Origin: a virus
Lineage: Duplodnaviria; Caudoviricetes
Length of the DNA stretch: 64,000 bases
Virus record (IMG/VR): IMGVR_UViG_2974727065_000001
Location: 1-64,000 of that record
Direction: 5' to 3' (one strand)
Part shown: in pieces, positions 19,202-28,871 of the stretch
How the letters are laid out: every line of letters starts with the position of its first letter
How positions within the stretch are numbered: position 1 is the first letter of the stretch
Notes under the pieces: generated by a model
What the model saw: only the letters and a program-made list of their open reading frames with translations
Told to the model about the DNA's origin: nothing
Databases searched by the model: none
Translations under genes and position numbers: made by a program

Positions 19202-19347
19202 ATAGGGTGCGTTAAATAAGGGAACCCCCTTGAATAATAGGGTGCGTTAAAGAAGGGAACCCTCCCTTTCCCGAAATTCCACCCTTTCTATGCTCATCTT
19301 TCTTGATGAAAAAGAACAGAAAACAATAGGTGACGTTAAAGAGGGGG
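19202..19347 (+). promoter_or_regulatory. cluster of three phage RNAP promoters (19202, 19237, 19326) ahead of portal
   Basis: ATAGGGTGCGTTAAATAAGGG; ATAGGGTGCGTTAAAGAAGGG; ATAGGTGACGTTAAAGAGGGGG. Confidence 0.85.
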
Positions 19348-19381
19348 CTGACTCGTAACCCTCTATCAGAAGGAGAAATCG

Positions 19382-20995
19382 ATGTCAGAACAGAATATTT
19401 CCGTAGCTGCTGTAAAGAAAAGTGTAGCTACTCCTTCTCATGAGTATGAATCCATGAGAGACGTTTGGGCGAAGTGTCGAGCGATCATTCGAGGTCAAGA
19501 GTCTGTTAAAGCTCATGATGCGATAGTGAATGATTATGATGAGAACGGTAACAACCGTAATCTACTGCTCCCCTTCAGTCCTTCCATGACTCAAGCTCAG
19601 TATGACTTCTATAAGGATGAAGCTGAACTTCCCGGTATTACTTCTCAGTATGCTAAATCAATGATTGGTGCTCTTCTCCGTAAGGACGCTGATATTGAGC
19701 TTCCTGAAGAACTTCCTGAAACACAACGAGAGGAAATCACTGAATGGCTTCGATCGAAGTTCACTTCAGATAACCGTTCTCTCTTCCACTTCCTAGACAA
19801 TGCTCTTTGGGAGGAAATGCAAACCTCTTCTGCGTGGGTTTATGTTGATGTACCTGATGTCGATGAAGATATCATTGATCAGCTAACACCAGAACAGAAA
19901 GAGCTTATCAAACCCTATCCTACCTTGCTTAGTGGTGAGAGTGTGATTAACGTGATTCACGGTATTCATCCTGTAACGAAGGTTCCTTCTATGGTTCGTT
20001 TCGTAACACGGCAACTCAAACCTCACTTCACAAGTGATAACCCTTGGCATCCTAAACTGGTAGACACTGTACGTGATCACTATTTGGATGAAACAGGATT
20101 GCTTGTCGTTGACGAGTGGGTATTGGATAACAGCGGAACTCAAGCTTCTTCCGAAAACGGTAAGATCCGTCATGGTGAACTTGAACCTGAAGCCGCTGGT
20201 AAGGATGCACCTCAGTTTGAGAAGAAACAGTCTTACTTCCCGGAGAAATTCGGCAAACGACTTACACAAATCCCTGCTTGGCCTCTTGATGGAGAATCTT
20301 TCATTGAGGAGCCTATCTTGCTTACCTTCGTCAATCGCGAGGTTGGCCTTTACAATAAGGTATCTCGTCGTAACCACTTGATGTATGGTGCTGCAACCTA
20401 CACACCTATCATCATTGGTGATACTGATGAAGAAGCTCAAGCAAAGATCCTTTCCTCTGGTCTTGGTTCTATCTGGTTCCTTGAAGCTAACACTACTGTT
20501 GATACTCTGGCTCCGCCTACTGAATCCCTTACAGACATGCAGAATGCTATCTCCGCTACAATGGATGAACTTGCACGTATGGGTATTCGTATGCTGGCCC
20601 CGGATACCGCAGAATCAGGTGTTGCTCTTGAACTTCGTAATGCTGGTCAGACTGCCTCTCTAGGTACTCTGAACCAGAAGATTTCAACCACAATGCGACA
20701 AGTGTTCGCCTTCATGATCAACTGGCGTTATGATATGGAACTCACAAGTGAAGATATCAAATTCACTATGTCGAGTGACTTTAGCCCACAAGCTCAAGGT
20801 GAAGCGGGTATGCGTCTTGTTGGGGAGTGGTATCAGATGGGTCTTATCCCTCGTTCTGTCTTCCTTGACATGGCGAAGAAGAATGACTATATCCCGTCTG
20901 AGTATGATGATAATGAAGGTCAAGAAGAAATGGAGAAAGATCCAGTTCAGATGGCTAATGCTCAAGCAGAGCAGGATGTGACAATCCAAGAATAA
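19382..20995 (+). CDS. portal protein (DUF4055-like)
   Basis: 537 aa; WAKCRAIIRGQESVK, WVYVD, MARMGIRML-like, ESGVAL; first gene of head module. Confidence 0.85.
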   Translation: MSEQNISVAAVKKSVATPSHEYESMRDVWAKCRAIIRGQESVKAHDAIVNDYDENGNNRNLLLPFSPSMTQAQYDFYKDEAELPGITSQYAKSMIGALLRKDADIELPEELPETQREEITEWLRSKFTSDNRSLFHFLDNALWEEMQTSSAWVYVDVPDVDEDIIDQLTPEQKELIKPYPTLLSGESVINVIHGIHPVTKVPSMVRFVTRQLKPHFTSDNPWHPKLVDTVRDHYLDETGLLVVDEWVLDNSGTQASSENGKIRHGELEPEAAGKDAPQFEKKQSYFPEKFGKRLTQIPAWPLDGESFIEEPILLTFVNREVGLYNKVSRRNHLMYGAATYTPIIIGDTDEEAQAKILSSGLGSIWFLEANTTVDTLAPPTESLTDMQNAISATMDELARMGIRMLAPDTAESGVALELRNAGQTASLGTLNQKISTTMRQVFAFMINWRYDMELTSEDIKFTMSSDFSPQAQGEAGMRLVGEWYQMGLIPRSVFLDMAKKNDYIPSEYDDNEGQEEMEKDPVQMANAQAEQDVTIQE

Positions 20996-21062
20996 ACCTA
21001 CCGGCGTCTAGGTAAAGCCCCGTAAAACGACCTCAAGATGAGGTTGGGGCAGACGCCTCTTT

Positions 21063-21138
21063 TCCCCTGTAGTTCAGTTGGTAGAACACCGGACTGTTAA
21101 TCCGTATGTCGCTGGTTCGAGTCCAGCCGGGGGAGCCA
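21063..21138 (+). tRNA. tRNA-Asn(GTT)
   Basis: Canonical cloverleaf TCCCCTG...CGGGGGA-G-CCA, anticodon loop CTGTTAA, GGTTCGAGTCC T-arm. Confidence 0.95.
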
Positions 21139-21142
21139 ACTA

Positions 21143-21216
21143 TGCGCGGTAGTGTCAAGTAACACGGTAGGTTCATTACCTACAACTGGTGGTGTCAAGT
21201 CCACCCGGCGCAACCA
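21143..21216 (+). tRNA. tRNA with CAT anticodon (Met or Ile2), atypical
   Basis: TGCGCGG/CGGCGCA acceptor (one G.G), GTAGG/CCTAC anticodon stem with TTCATTA loop, GGTGG/CCACC T-stem, encoded CCA. Confidence 0.7.
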
Positions 21217-21241
21217 ACTAACCAATCAGGAGATTGCTAGA

Positions 21242-24200
21242 ATGGACATCAATCAGAAGATTTTTGATCAGATCGTTGATCATATGGGTGATGTACGTCT
21301 CTTTGAGGAGAGCGTTCAAATCGGCAATCGCCGTATCATCCGTCGCCATAGAGAGCGCCTACGAGACCTTCTCCGTAGAGACCTCAAAGAACGAACACGT
21401 TCTAATGAACCTCTGCGTCGAGAACAATCACGTTTCGCTACAGAGCTTTTCTCATGGCAGAAAACAAACCTTATGGAATTGAGCACCGCTGAAATTGACT
21501 TTATCAGTGATGCGATCTATAAGCAAACAAGAGATTTTTACCGTACACGGAAGCCTTCCACAAGGGAACTCCTTGCTGAGATTACAGGTCCGGGTATGGT
21601 GGGTGAGAAATCACTCAAAGGGAACATCAGAAACATTTCTTCTGGTGAACTCATACGTATTCAAACAAAGGTAAAGGCAGGTCTCGCTGCTGGTGCTAAG
21701 CCTGATCAGATCATTCAGGAAGTCATGAAGACTACCAAGATCACTCAGCATCAAGCAGCCACACTCACGAGAACTTCAATCACCAGCACCCAAAGGGAAG
21801 CTGTAATGTCGGTCATGGAGAACAATGATTCTCTGATCAAAGGTTACATGTTCTCCGCTATCCTTGATAGCCGGACTTCTGGTATTTGCCGTTATCACAA
21901 TGGTAAGATGTATCCTATCTCCGAGAAACGCTACAGGCCACCACTCCACTTCAACTGTCGTTCTACGATGGTTCCTGTTCTCAAAAGCAAGTCTGAATTG
22001 GCTGCTTCTAAGTCTACTCGGATCAACAAAGATGCTCTTGCAAAGAAACAACCCCAAAGCCTTTCCGGTAAAGCTCCACCTAAAGAATCCTTTGGTGAAT
22101 GGCTGAAGCGTCAAGTTTTTGATGTCCAAGTGAAGATGCTTGGAAGTGAAACTAAAGCGAACCTCTTCCGAGAAGGTAAGTTGAAGGCTGAACAGTTCAT
22201 CAATGCTGCAGGGGATGCACTATCGATTACTGCTCTCCGCCGTAGGGCTGCCCTCGCTACAGAGGTATTCACGCCACGTCAGAAGATGCGTTCTGTTGAT
22301 GTTGATATCCGGGTGTCTCGTCCGAGTACTCTGGTCAACAATCCTAAGTTCCGCACTGAGGTAAGAAACCTGTATGTACTCGACTCTGATGACTGGAACA
22401 AGACTTTCGCTCTGACTGACTTCAAAGGTACAACCCTTCAAGGTAAGCAAACGGCTCGTCGGCGTGTTGGTAATCAATTCGATGAGAGTAACCACAGCTT
22501 TGATCCCTTGACTGGTGAAGCGAAGAATAACAACCTCTATGATCCCAACTTCCAGTTGTATCAGGAGCGTCTTGACTTCATGCGTAACTCCAAGATCCTT
22601 CGTCCAGAGCACAAAGGTTTCATCCAAAGCGTATCAGATAGTCTTGAAGATAAGGTGTCGGTGAACCAACAGACAGTTGTCGTTGAGAACCTCCGTGTTG
22701 TCCTTGAACGTGCTATCAAAGATGGTAAGCCTTGGGAAGACTTTGCTTCTGTACTCCGGGCTGAGAACCGTTTTGCAGTTCAGAACGTCTCACGTCTTCT
22801 GGACACTCGCCAAAGGAAACGTAACAATCTGTTCGCTCGTTTCTTCGGTTCTAAGGACAAACCTGAGATCCAGATCATGGGTAAGTACTACACCTTGGAC
22901 CAGTTGAACGCTGATATCTTGAAAGACCAGAGAGAGATTGACTCTTTCCGTCGCAAGTATGGAACCAAACTCGCGGCTGATCTTTACCTCAAAGGTAAGG
23001 CTCCTGCTCGTGCCTACTTCCACGGTCTTGCAGGGAAGTTCCCAACCAAGAAGAAGATCAAGAAACGTCTTCTGGAAATGGTTCCTTTCAAGAAAGAGTA
23101 TGACGCTTACGTCAAGAAACGTGGTGAACCTAAAGATGAATGGTGGATCCGTCAAGCTGCTAAGTTCAATGAAGCCTATCGAAATATCATTGATGCTGAG
23201 TGGGCAACTCTGAGTAAGAAACCTTCAACAGCACTGCTGGATGATAAGGTGATCAACTCTCTGTCTAAGTCTGTCAAGCTTGTGGCTTCTGGTCAGATGA
23301 CTGACTATGATGGTCTCGCTATTGCTATCGGTAAACAGATGGCGAAAGACTTCGAAGACATCCTTCCTTTCACAAAGCATACGCTTCAGAGCTACCACAA
23401 AGAAGGCTCTCGTATCCTTGATTACATGGTAAAGCGACGTCTGATCCGAACTAATTTCCGTGGTAAAACCCGCCGTGGTGTCTATGATGTGGACACTGGT
23501 AGAGCCTCTGGCTCGTGGGGTGATACTGTATCCCGTGAGGTTGAGATTCTTGATAAAGACATGTTGAAGCTACAAGAAGCAGAACGCCGTGTGACTATCG
23601 CTCGTCGTCTCGGTGTAGTGAATCCTCGTGATCGTCTTTACGTCCGTGCTAACAAGAAAACCTACGTTGACTCTCGTGGTAACGACACTGGTATTCCGAT
23701 TATCTCCCGTAGTAAAGCCGCGAGCTATGATCCGAAACAGATCGACCATGAAATAGCTAACATGATGAACCATGCAATGAACGTCGAGTATGAGGTTGAT
23801 AATCAGTTTGTTGACTTCATGGATAGTGTTGTTCGCTTCCGTGACCCTCGTGGTAATGCGAAGTACTATGACTCTATCAACGAGTTCCGTCATGACATCC
23901 TGAAACGTGGTGATGCTGGTTATGGTCTTATGACTACAGCTAAGTGGCACGCTCAAAGAGGTAAGCCCTTCAAGACCTATGTGTACATTGACTCTCGTGG
24001 TCGTGTATATCATCGTGGTTACTTGACACCTACTGGTGGTGAAATGGTCCGTCCTTTCTTGAACGACTCGAAAGCTACTCCTATGAATTTCCGCGCTCTG
24101 GAAGAGTTGAGACTTCAAACAGGTGCCTTGATCGGTCCCGGTACAGAGGCTCTGACTCACCAAGGTCGTATGGAGATCTTCAAAAGGCATAAGAAACAAA

Positions 24201-25633
24201 TACTTGAACTCGGTGAAATCCTACTGCAAACTACTCAGAGAGATCGTCGCATCCGTGAGTTCCTTGAGCATCCGCTAATCCGTAGTACGGAGGGTGTAGA
24301 GGTTCCTAAGATGGCCCGTCTCGCTATGGAGTATGCGCGTATTCATCGACACACAAAAGGTGACATCAACAATGATCGTCTCCTGAAAACTTACAAAACC
24401 AAACTGATGGTAGAGAACGATGCTTCGGCATCTGGTGCTCAGATTATCGGACTCTCAACAAGGGACCGTGATATCTCCTTCGCATCCAATGTTGTTCCTA
24501 CCCCTCAGAAGAACCGTCTGTATGACCTCGTTGCTATGGACACTATTGATGACCCTGAGTTTAGAAAGATCCCGGCTCTTCGTGATGCTGGATTGACTTG
24601 GGAAGACCTTGCTAAAGGCGCTAAGGCGGCTAACATGGTTACATTCTATGGTGCTGGTGCTGCAACTCAGGCTGCAAACGTAACAAACAAAATGGTGAAA
24701 GTCCTTCAAGGAAAGGGATTTATCACTGTGACCAAAGATGAGCTTACGAACCAACTTCGTATCATCGACGGTAAAATCAAGGTGGCTGATCGTATCGGTG
24801 CCTCGGTGACTGTTGATGAGCTACGAGCATTCCGTTCAGAACTCATTGATATGGTCAATAACCAACAAAGCACTGGAATCAAACTCCTGAAAGAAGCTGA
24901 AGACATTCACCCTGATACTGCTGAATTCGTTAGAAAACTAACTGATCGCCGTAAGGGTCTTGTCGGGCCGAAGGACTTTGAACGAGTTGCTGAGATTATG
25001 GCTAAGAACCTGAATGCCCGTGCTCCTGTTACGGGAAAGTTCATTCAGTTCTGGAAGAAGGTCGCGAAAACGTATGTGAATGACTCTCAAAGCGTAGATA
25101 TCCCGTGGGTAACGTTTGATGGGAAAACCATGATGCAGCGTTATCGTCCTCAACTCCAACAGAGGATCGATTTTACTGATCCTGTTTCTGGCCGAAAGAT
25201 TATGAACATTTATCAAGCGGAAGCCGAAGACGGTAAACTACTTGGTAAGGGTTCGGTTGCAGACGCCTCGATTGGTCTTGGTGTTAACGGCAACCACTCC
25301 AACGATGCCGTGATCGTTCGAAGGTTCCACTTGTGGGGCCGGAAGGAAGGTATCTCTACTGGAACCATCCACGATGCTTTCTTTACAAACGTCGCGGAAG
25401 CTGATCGTGCTGTTTATAAACTGCGAGAGATTTACGCAGATGCTATGGAGAGCAACACGATTGCAAATACCCTGAAGGCTATGCGTAAGCATGGTATGTC
25501 AGAAAAGAACTACAGAGCATTGCTCCGTGAGGCGAAGGAACTCGGTCTGATCAACCCTGCTAATCCTGTGCGCCGTGAGGAAGTGCTCGCCCCGATCCCG
25601 GAAGGTCAAACCTACTATGGGATTGGTCCGTAA
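21242..25633 (+). CDS. MuF (Phage_Mu_F) minor head domain fused to a T7-family single-subunit RNA polymerase; putative virion RNAP (1463 aa)
   Basis: AGGAG RBS at 21228. MuF: YMFSAILDSRTSGICRYHNG...PPLHFNCRS. RNAP: YIDSRGRVY, motif A ENDASASGAQ, motif B KAANMVTFYG, NGNHSNDA, motif C TIHDAFFT. Confidence 0.88.
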   Translation: MDINQKIFDQIVDHMGDVRLFEESVQIGNRRIIRRHRERLRDLLRRDLKERTRSNEPLRREQSRFATELFSWQKTNLMELSTAEIDFISDAIYKQTRDFYRTRKPSTRELLAEITGPGMVGEKSLKGNIRNISSGELIRIQTKVKAGLAAGAKPDQIIQEVMKTTKITQHQAATLTRTSITSTQREAVMSVMENNDSLIKGYMFSAILDSRTSGICRYHNGKMYPISEKRYRPPLHFNCRSTMVPVLKSKSELAASKSTRINKDALAKKQPQSLSGKAPPKESFGEWLKRQVFDVQVKMLGSETKANLFREGKLKAEQFINAAGDALSITALRRRAALATEVFTPRQKMRSVDVDIRVSRPSTLVNNPKFRTEVRNLYVLDSDDWNKTFALTDFKGTTLQGKQTARRRVGNQFDESNHSFDPLTGEAKNNNLYDPNFQLYQERLDFMRNSKILRPEHKGFIQSVSDSLEDKVSVNQQTVVVENLRVVLERAIKDGKPWEDFASVLRAENRFAVQNVSRLLDTRQRKRNNLFARFFGSKDKPEIQIMGKYYTLDQLNADILKDQREIDSFRRKYGTKLAADLYLKGKAPARAYFHGLAGKFPTKKKIKKRLLEMVPFKKEYDAYVKKRGEPKDEWWIRQAAKFNEAYRNIIDAEWATLSKKPSTALLDDKVINSLSKSVKLVASGQMTDYDGLAIAIGKQMAKDFEDILPFTKHTLQSYHKEGSRILDYMVKRRLIRTNFRGKTRRGVYDVDTGRASGSWGDTVSREVEILDKDMLKLQEAERRVTIARRLGVVNPRDRLYVRANKKTYVDSRGNDTGIPIISRSKAASYDPKQIDHEIANMMNHAMNVEYEVDNQFVDFMDSVVRFRDPRGNAKYYDSINEFRHDILKRGDAGYGLMTTAKWHAQRGKPFKTYVYIDSRGRVYHRGYLTPTGGEMVRPFLNDSKATPMNFRALEELRLQTGALIGPGTEALTHQGRMEIFKRHKKQILELGEILLQTTQRDRRIREFLEHPLIRSTEGVEVPKMARLAMEYARIHRHTKGDINNDRLLKTYKTKLMVENDASASGAQIIGLSTRDRDISFASNVVPTPQKNRLYDLVAMDTIDDPEFRKIPALRDAGLTWEDLAKGAKAANMVTFYGAGAATQAANVTNKMVKVLQGKGFITVTKDELTNQLRIIDGKIKVADRIGASVTVDELRAFRSELIDMVNNQQSTGIKLLKEAEDIHPDTAEFVRKLTDRRKGLVGPKDFERVAEIMAKNLNARAPVTGKFIQFWKKVAKTYVNDSQSVDIPWVTFDGKTMMQRYRPQLQQRIDFTDPVSGRKIMNIYQAEAEDGKLLGKGSVADASIGLGVNGNHSNDAVIVRRFHLWGRKEGISTGTIHDAFFTNVAEADRAVYKLREIYADAMESNTIANTLKAMRKHGMSEKNYRALLREAKELGLINPANPVRREEVLAPIPEGQTYYGIGP

Positions 25634-25710
25634 TAACCTGAAGCTGGCTGTCTGTGATGGTCATGCAATTTAAACTTTCGTAAGTTGTACTTACAAGGAG
25701 AAACTATACA

Positions 25711-26457
25711 ATGGCAAAAACTGCTGAAGAACTCGAAGCTGAACTGGAACGTCTGCGCAAGCAACTCGCTGGAGAGGAGTCCAATGAAAACGGTGAAACA
25801 AGCGAAGAAGAAACCAATGAGGACGAAACCGAAAACGAAGACAACGGTGAAGCCAACGAGGAAACCAACGAAGAGACCGAAAACAAGCAACTGACCGAAG
25901 AAGAAATCAAGGTCGCTGCTCTGAAAGAGTCCCTGAACAAACTGGACAAGAAACTCAAGGAAGAAGCCAAAGCTCGCGCTGCTGCTGAGAAGAAACTCAA
26001 AGATGCTGAGATTGAGCGTCTGCGTAGCGAAGGTAAAGAGGCGGAAGCTCTCAAAGCTCAAATGGAGCAGCTGGAAGCTGAGCTTGCTGTATTCCGTGAT
26101 GAAAACACTGCTCTGAAACGTGACCGCGTTCTGGACGATGCTTTGTCTGGTGTTGAATTCCGTAATGACCGTAGCCGTGCTATGGCTCGTCGGGAGATCG
26201 TTGAAAATCTCACTCAAGATGAGAATGGTAGCTGGGTATCGAAAGATGGATCCTCGATCGATGACTATGTTACCGCCTATACTGAGTTGGAAGATAATAG
26301 CTTCCTGTTCAAGCAAAAGACTAACCGTGGTTCGCAATCGCAACCCGGATCAACCCCTAATACGGGTGATGAGACACCCAAATCTATTCTTGATGTTCCG
26401 CAAGATCAATTTATGAAACAAATCGAAAAGAAACTGCGGTCTCAAGGACTCCGATAA
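25711..26457 (+). CDS. capsid scaffolding protein
   Basis: Acidic N-terminus, long coiled coil, SFLFK motif; directly before capsid gene. Confidence 0.8.
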   Translation: MAKTAEELEAELERLRKQLAGEESNENGETSEEETNEDETENEDNGEANEETNEETENKQLTEEEIKVAALKESLNKLDKKLKEEAKARAAAEKKLKDAEIERLRSEGKEAEALKAQMEQLEAELAVFRDENTALKRDRVLDDALSGVEFRNDRSRAMARREIVENLTQDENGSWVSKDGSSIDDYVTAYTELEDNSFLFKQKTNRGSQSQPGSTPNTGDETPKSILDVPQDQFMKQIEKKLRSQGLR

Positions 26458-26472
26458 GAAGGAAAATAAACA

Positions 26473-27594
26473 ATGACTATCTCTACTTCCCAATTTCAGG
26501 TAATCGAAGAAGTCGTGCGCCAGTACGCGCATGAAGCCTACACCAACTCGAAGAAACTGGTCGGCACTGGTATCGTGGGTCAGCGTTCCGACGTTGATGG
26601 CGATGTTGAATCGTACATCGGTCAGTTCCGCTGGTACAAACCCCTGAACCCGACCGTTAACGTTGCCTCGGCTACCGATGCGACTGACGGTACCCTGACC
26701 GACATCAGCACCGACAAAGCCAAGTACGTGAAGACTGTCCGTACCTTCGGTGGTGAACAGGTGAACGTTGCTGAAGTGATCACCAAAGAAGATGGCCTGA
26801 AGAAACTGGCTCGCGATCTGGCCCAAGTCCAAATGGACGACCAAGGCGAAGCTCTGATGGCTGTTCTGAAGGGTGTCGCTGCTACCGAAGTTGAAGCAGG
26901 TAATGCTGCTGGCGGTGGTAACGGTGGTATCGTTGACTTCGACACTGACGCTGATGCTGCTAACACTGGTATGTTCGTTGACATCAACGCTGACTCGCCC
27001 GTGTTCGGTTCCGCTGCAACTGGTGCTAACGACGCCCGTAAACTGTTCGACTCGAACGGTATCGGTGCTGCTCGTGGTGAGCGTCTGTTCCAAGCTCTGG
27101 GTATGGGCTTCAAGGACCATGAACCGAACTTCATGTATATGGCTGCTTCTCCGCAGACTATTGCTGAACTCCGTGCTGCTAACCTCGTGGACGAAACGAA
27201 GGTGACTGACGGTGAACTCGAATTCACCACTGTCTTTGATGGTAAGTTCCGTCTCCTGCCGACCCGTCAAGGTCAGATGGCTGGTGGTCTCACCGCTGGC
27301 AACCTGAACGCTCAGTCCACCAAATGTACCTTCATTATGAAGCCGAATGCTGTGTCGTTTGCTCCGGTTCAGGCTCCGATGCCTGTTGAACTGGATCGGA
27401 ATGCTGCTGCTTACCGTGGTTCGGGTAAAACCCAACTGTGGTACCGCTGGGGCTTCGTGTTCCACCCCGAAGGTTACACTTGGGCAGGTAGCGAGAACGA
27501 GTTCGCAACCAACGCTGCTTATGGTGCTGCTGCTTCGTGGACCCGTAAAGTGTCGGCTCTGAACCTGCCGATCCTGCCGATCTTCCACGCGTAA
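26473..27594 (+). CDS. major capsid protein
   Basis: 373 aa, strongly biased codon usage; VELDRNAAAYRGSG..QLWYRWGFVFHPEGYTW. Confidence 0.85.
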   Translation: MTISTSQFQVIEEVVRQYAHEAYTNSKKLVGTGIVGQRSDVDGDVESYIGQFRWYKPLNPTVNVASATDATDGTLTDISTDKAKYVKTVRTFGGEQVNVAEVITKEDGLKKLARDLAQVQMDDQGEALMAVLKGVAATEVEAGNAAGGGNGGIVDFDTDADAANTGMFVDINADSPVFGSAATGANDARKLFDSNGIGAARGERLFQALGMGFKDHEPNFMYMAASPQTIAELRAANLVDETKVTDGELEFTTVFDGKFRLLPTRQGQMAGGLTAGNLNAQSTKCTFIMKPNAVSFAPVQAPMPVELDRNAAAYRGSGKTQLWYRWGFVFHPEGYTWAGSENEFATNAAYGAAASWTRKVSALNLPILPIFHA

Positions 27595-27612
27595 TAGAAG
27601 GAGAAAGAGCTA

Positions 27613-28122
27613 ATGGCACTAACTGTAGGAACAAACAGCTATGTAACCGTCGCTGAGGCAGATGCCTACTTCGGTGATCGGCTCAATGCCGACAGCTGGA
27701 CTTCTGCAAGTGTCGCTATCAAAGAACAAGCACTGGTTACGGCCACTCGCTTCGTTGATGAGCGGTCTTGGATTGGTCAGGCTGTTAGCTCTTCCCAGAA
27801 ACTAGGGTGGCCCCGCAATGGGGCTACCTACCTCGACCCTAAACTTGGGGTTCAAATTTCCGTACCTAATGATGAAGTCCCTGAAAGGGTCAAATCTGCT
27901 GTGTTCGAGCAGGCACTCCATTTCATCAATAATGGTGCAGTTCTCGGTAGTTCATCGAATGTCTATGAGTCTATTACGGTAGGCTCTATCTCTCTAACTG
28001 ATGCAAACTCAAAGTCTAAAGTTTCCAAAACAGCTTCCTCAGTTATTTCCTTGGTCGGTCCTCTGGTCCGCTTTGGTTCTAACGGCTCTGGTGGGGGTAA
28101 CACTTGGTGGAGGGCTTGGTAA
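27613..28122 (+). CDS. head-tail connector (DnaT-like family)
   Basis: TNSYVTVAEADAYF, ALVTATRFVD, QKLGWPR, VPERVKSA. Confidence 0.8.
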   Translation: MALTVGTNSYVTVAEADAYFGDRLNADSWTSASVAIKEQALVTATRFVDERSWIGQAVSSSQKLGWPRNGATYLDPKLGVQISVPNDEVPERVKSAVFEQALHFINNGAVLGSSSNVYESITVGSISLTDANSKSKVSKTASSVISLVGPLVRFGSNGSGGGNTWWRAW

Positions 28123-28461
28123 ATGAGTTTGAGGAAAACACTGAACGACGCTGTAGATCAAGCTTTCCTAGCTTGTGGTGATCTTGTCCGAAGTGTGACT
28201 CTCAATGCTGAAGATGTAACTGGTTTTGATAATGCAACACAAACCGTTATCAGTACACCACAAACTGTTACAGCAGATGCTATCCTTCTGAAACGCTTCA
28301 TTAATGGAGAAGGTCAGATTGAGGCGCATTTTATCTTTAAAGCAAGAGAAGTTCCCCTGAACAAGTACATCGATCTCGTTGTTGGTTCTGAGACCTTCCG
28401 CATCGTCAGCTTTGACTCGAATGAGTTCTCGGTTGATGTTATCGCTAAGAAGGAGAACTGA
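28123..28461 (+). CDS. head closure/head-tail joining protein
   Basis: Position and size. Confidence 0.55.
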   Translation: MSLRKTLNDAVDQAFLACGDLVRSVTLNAEDVTGFDNATQTVISTPQTVTADAILLKRFINGEGQIEAHFIFKAREVPLNKYIDLVVGSETFRIVSFDSNEFSVDVIAKKEN

Positions 28462-28463
28462 TA

Positions 28464-28859
28464 GTGGCAAACAAGTTTGAGAAAGTAGTCTCTGATATTG
28501 GTGAAGTCCTTGGTGGCATTGCTAGTGTAGAGATCTATCCTGATGACTATCAAGGTAACATTCAAAATGAGACCCGCTTTGTTCGGTACTCTATTCTTTT
28601 CGGTGTCTCAGATGATCTGGATCATCAACGAGCGACAGAGCTTTCTGGCTATCTCGTGATGCGAATTTTCTCTGAGAAGGGCTACGCAGGAAAGACAGGG
28701 TACAGTATCGCAGGTGATCTTGATGACGCACTTGAAGGTAAGAAACTCCAAAGAGGTACAACTCTGGGAAAATCCACTCTAACACAACCTATGGAAGATG
28801 AAGGTAATAGCACTTTGATTATGATGCAGTACCTCCTTCCTTTCACGCTATTTACGTAG
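28464..28859 (+). CDS. tail terminator-like protein
   Basis: Position before tail tube; FVRYSIL, GYLVMRIF. Confidence 0.55.
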   Translation: MANKFEKVVSDIGEVLGGIASVEIYPDDYQGNIQNETRFVRYSILFGVSDDLDHQRATELSGYLVMRIFSEKGYAGKTGYSIAGDLDDALEGKKLQRGTTLGKSTLTQPMEDEGNSTLIMMQYLLPFTLFT

Positions 28860-28871
28860 GAGAATCACACA

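Noticed and set aside
19202-19347. Repeated motif cluster as a mini CRISPR array
   Set aside because: Irregular spacing, dispersed copies genome-wide before operons, no cas genes; fits promoters
21152-21241. ORF-track start of the 1493-aa protein at GTG 21152
   Set aside because: Lies inside the CAT tRNA; ATG 21242 has an AGGAG RBS
21966-25633. MuF C-terminal extension as a polymorphic toxin
   Set aside because: It carries ordered RNAP motifs rather than a toxin domain, and the next gene is the scaffold, not an immunity gene
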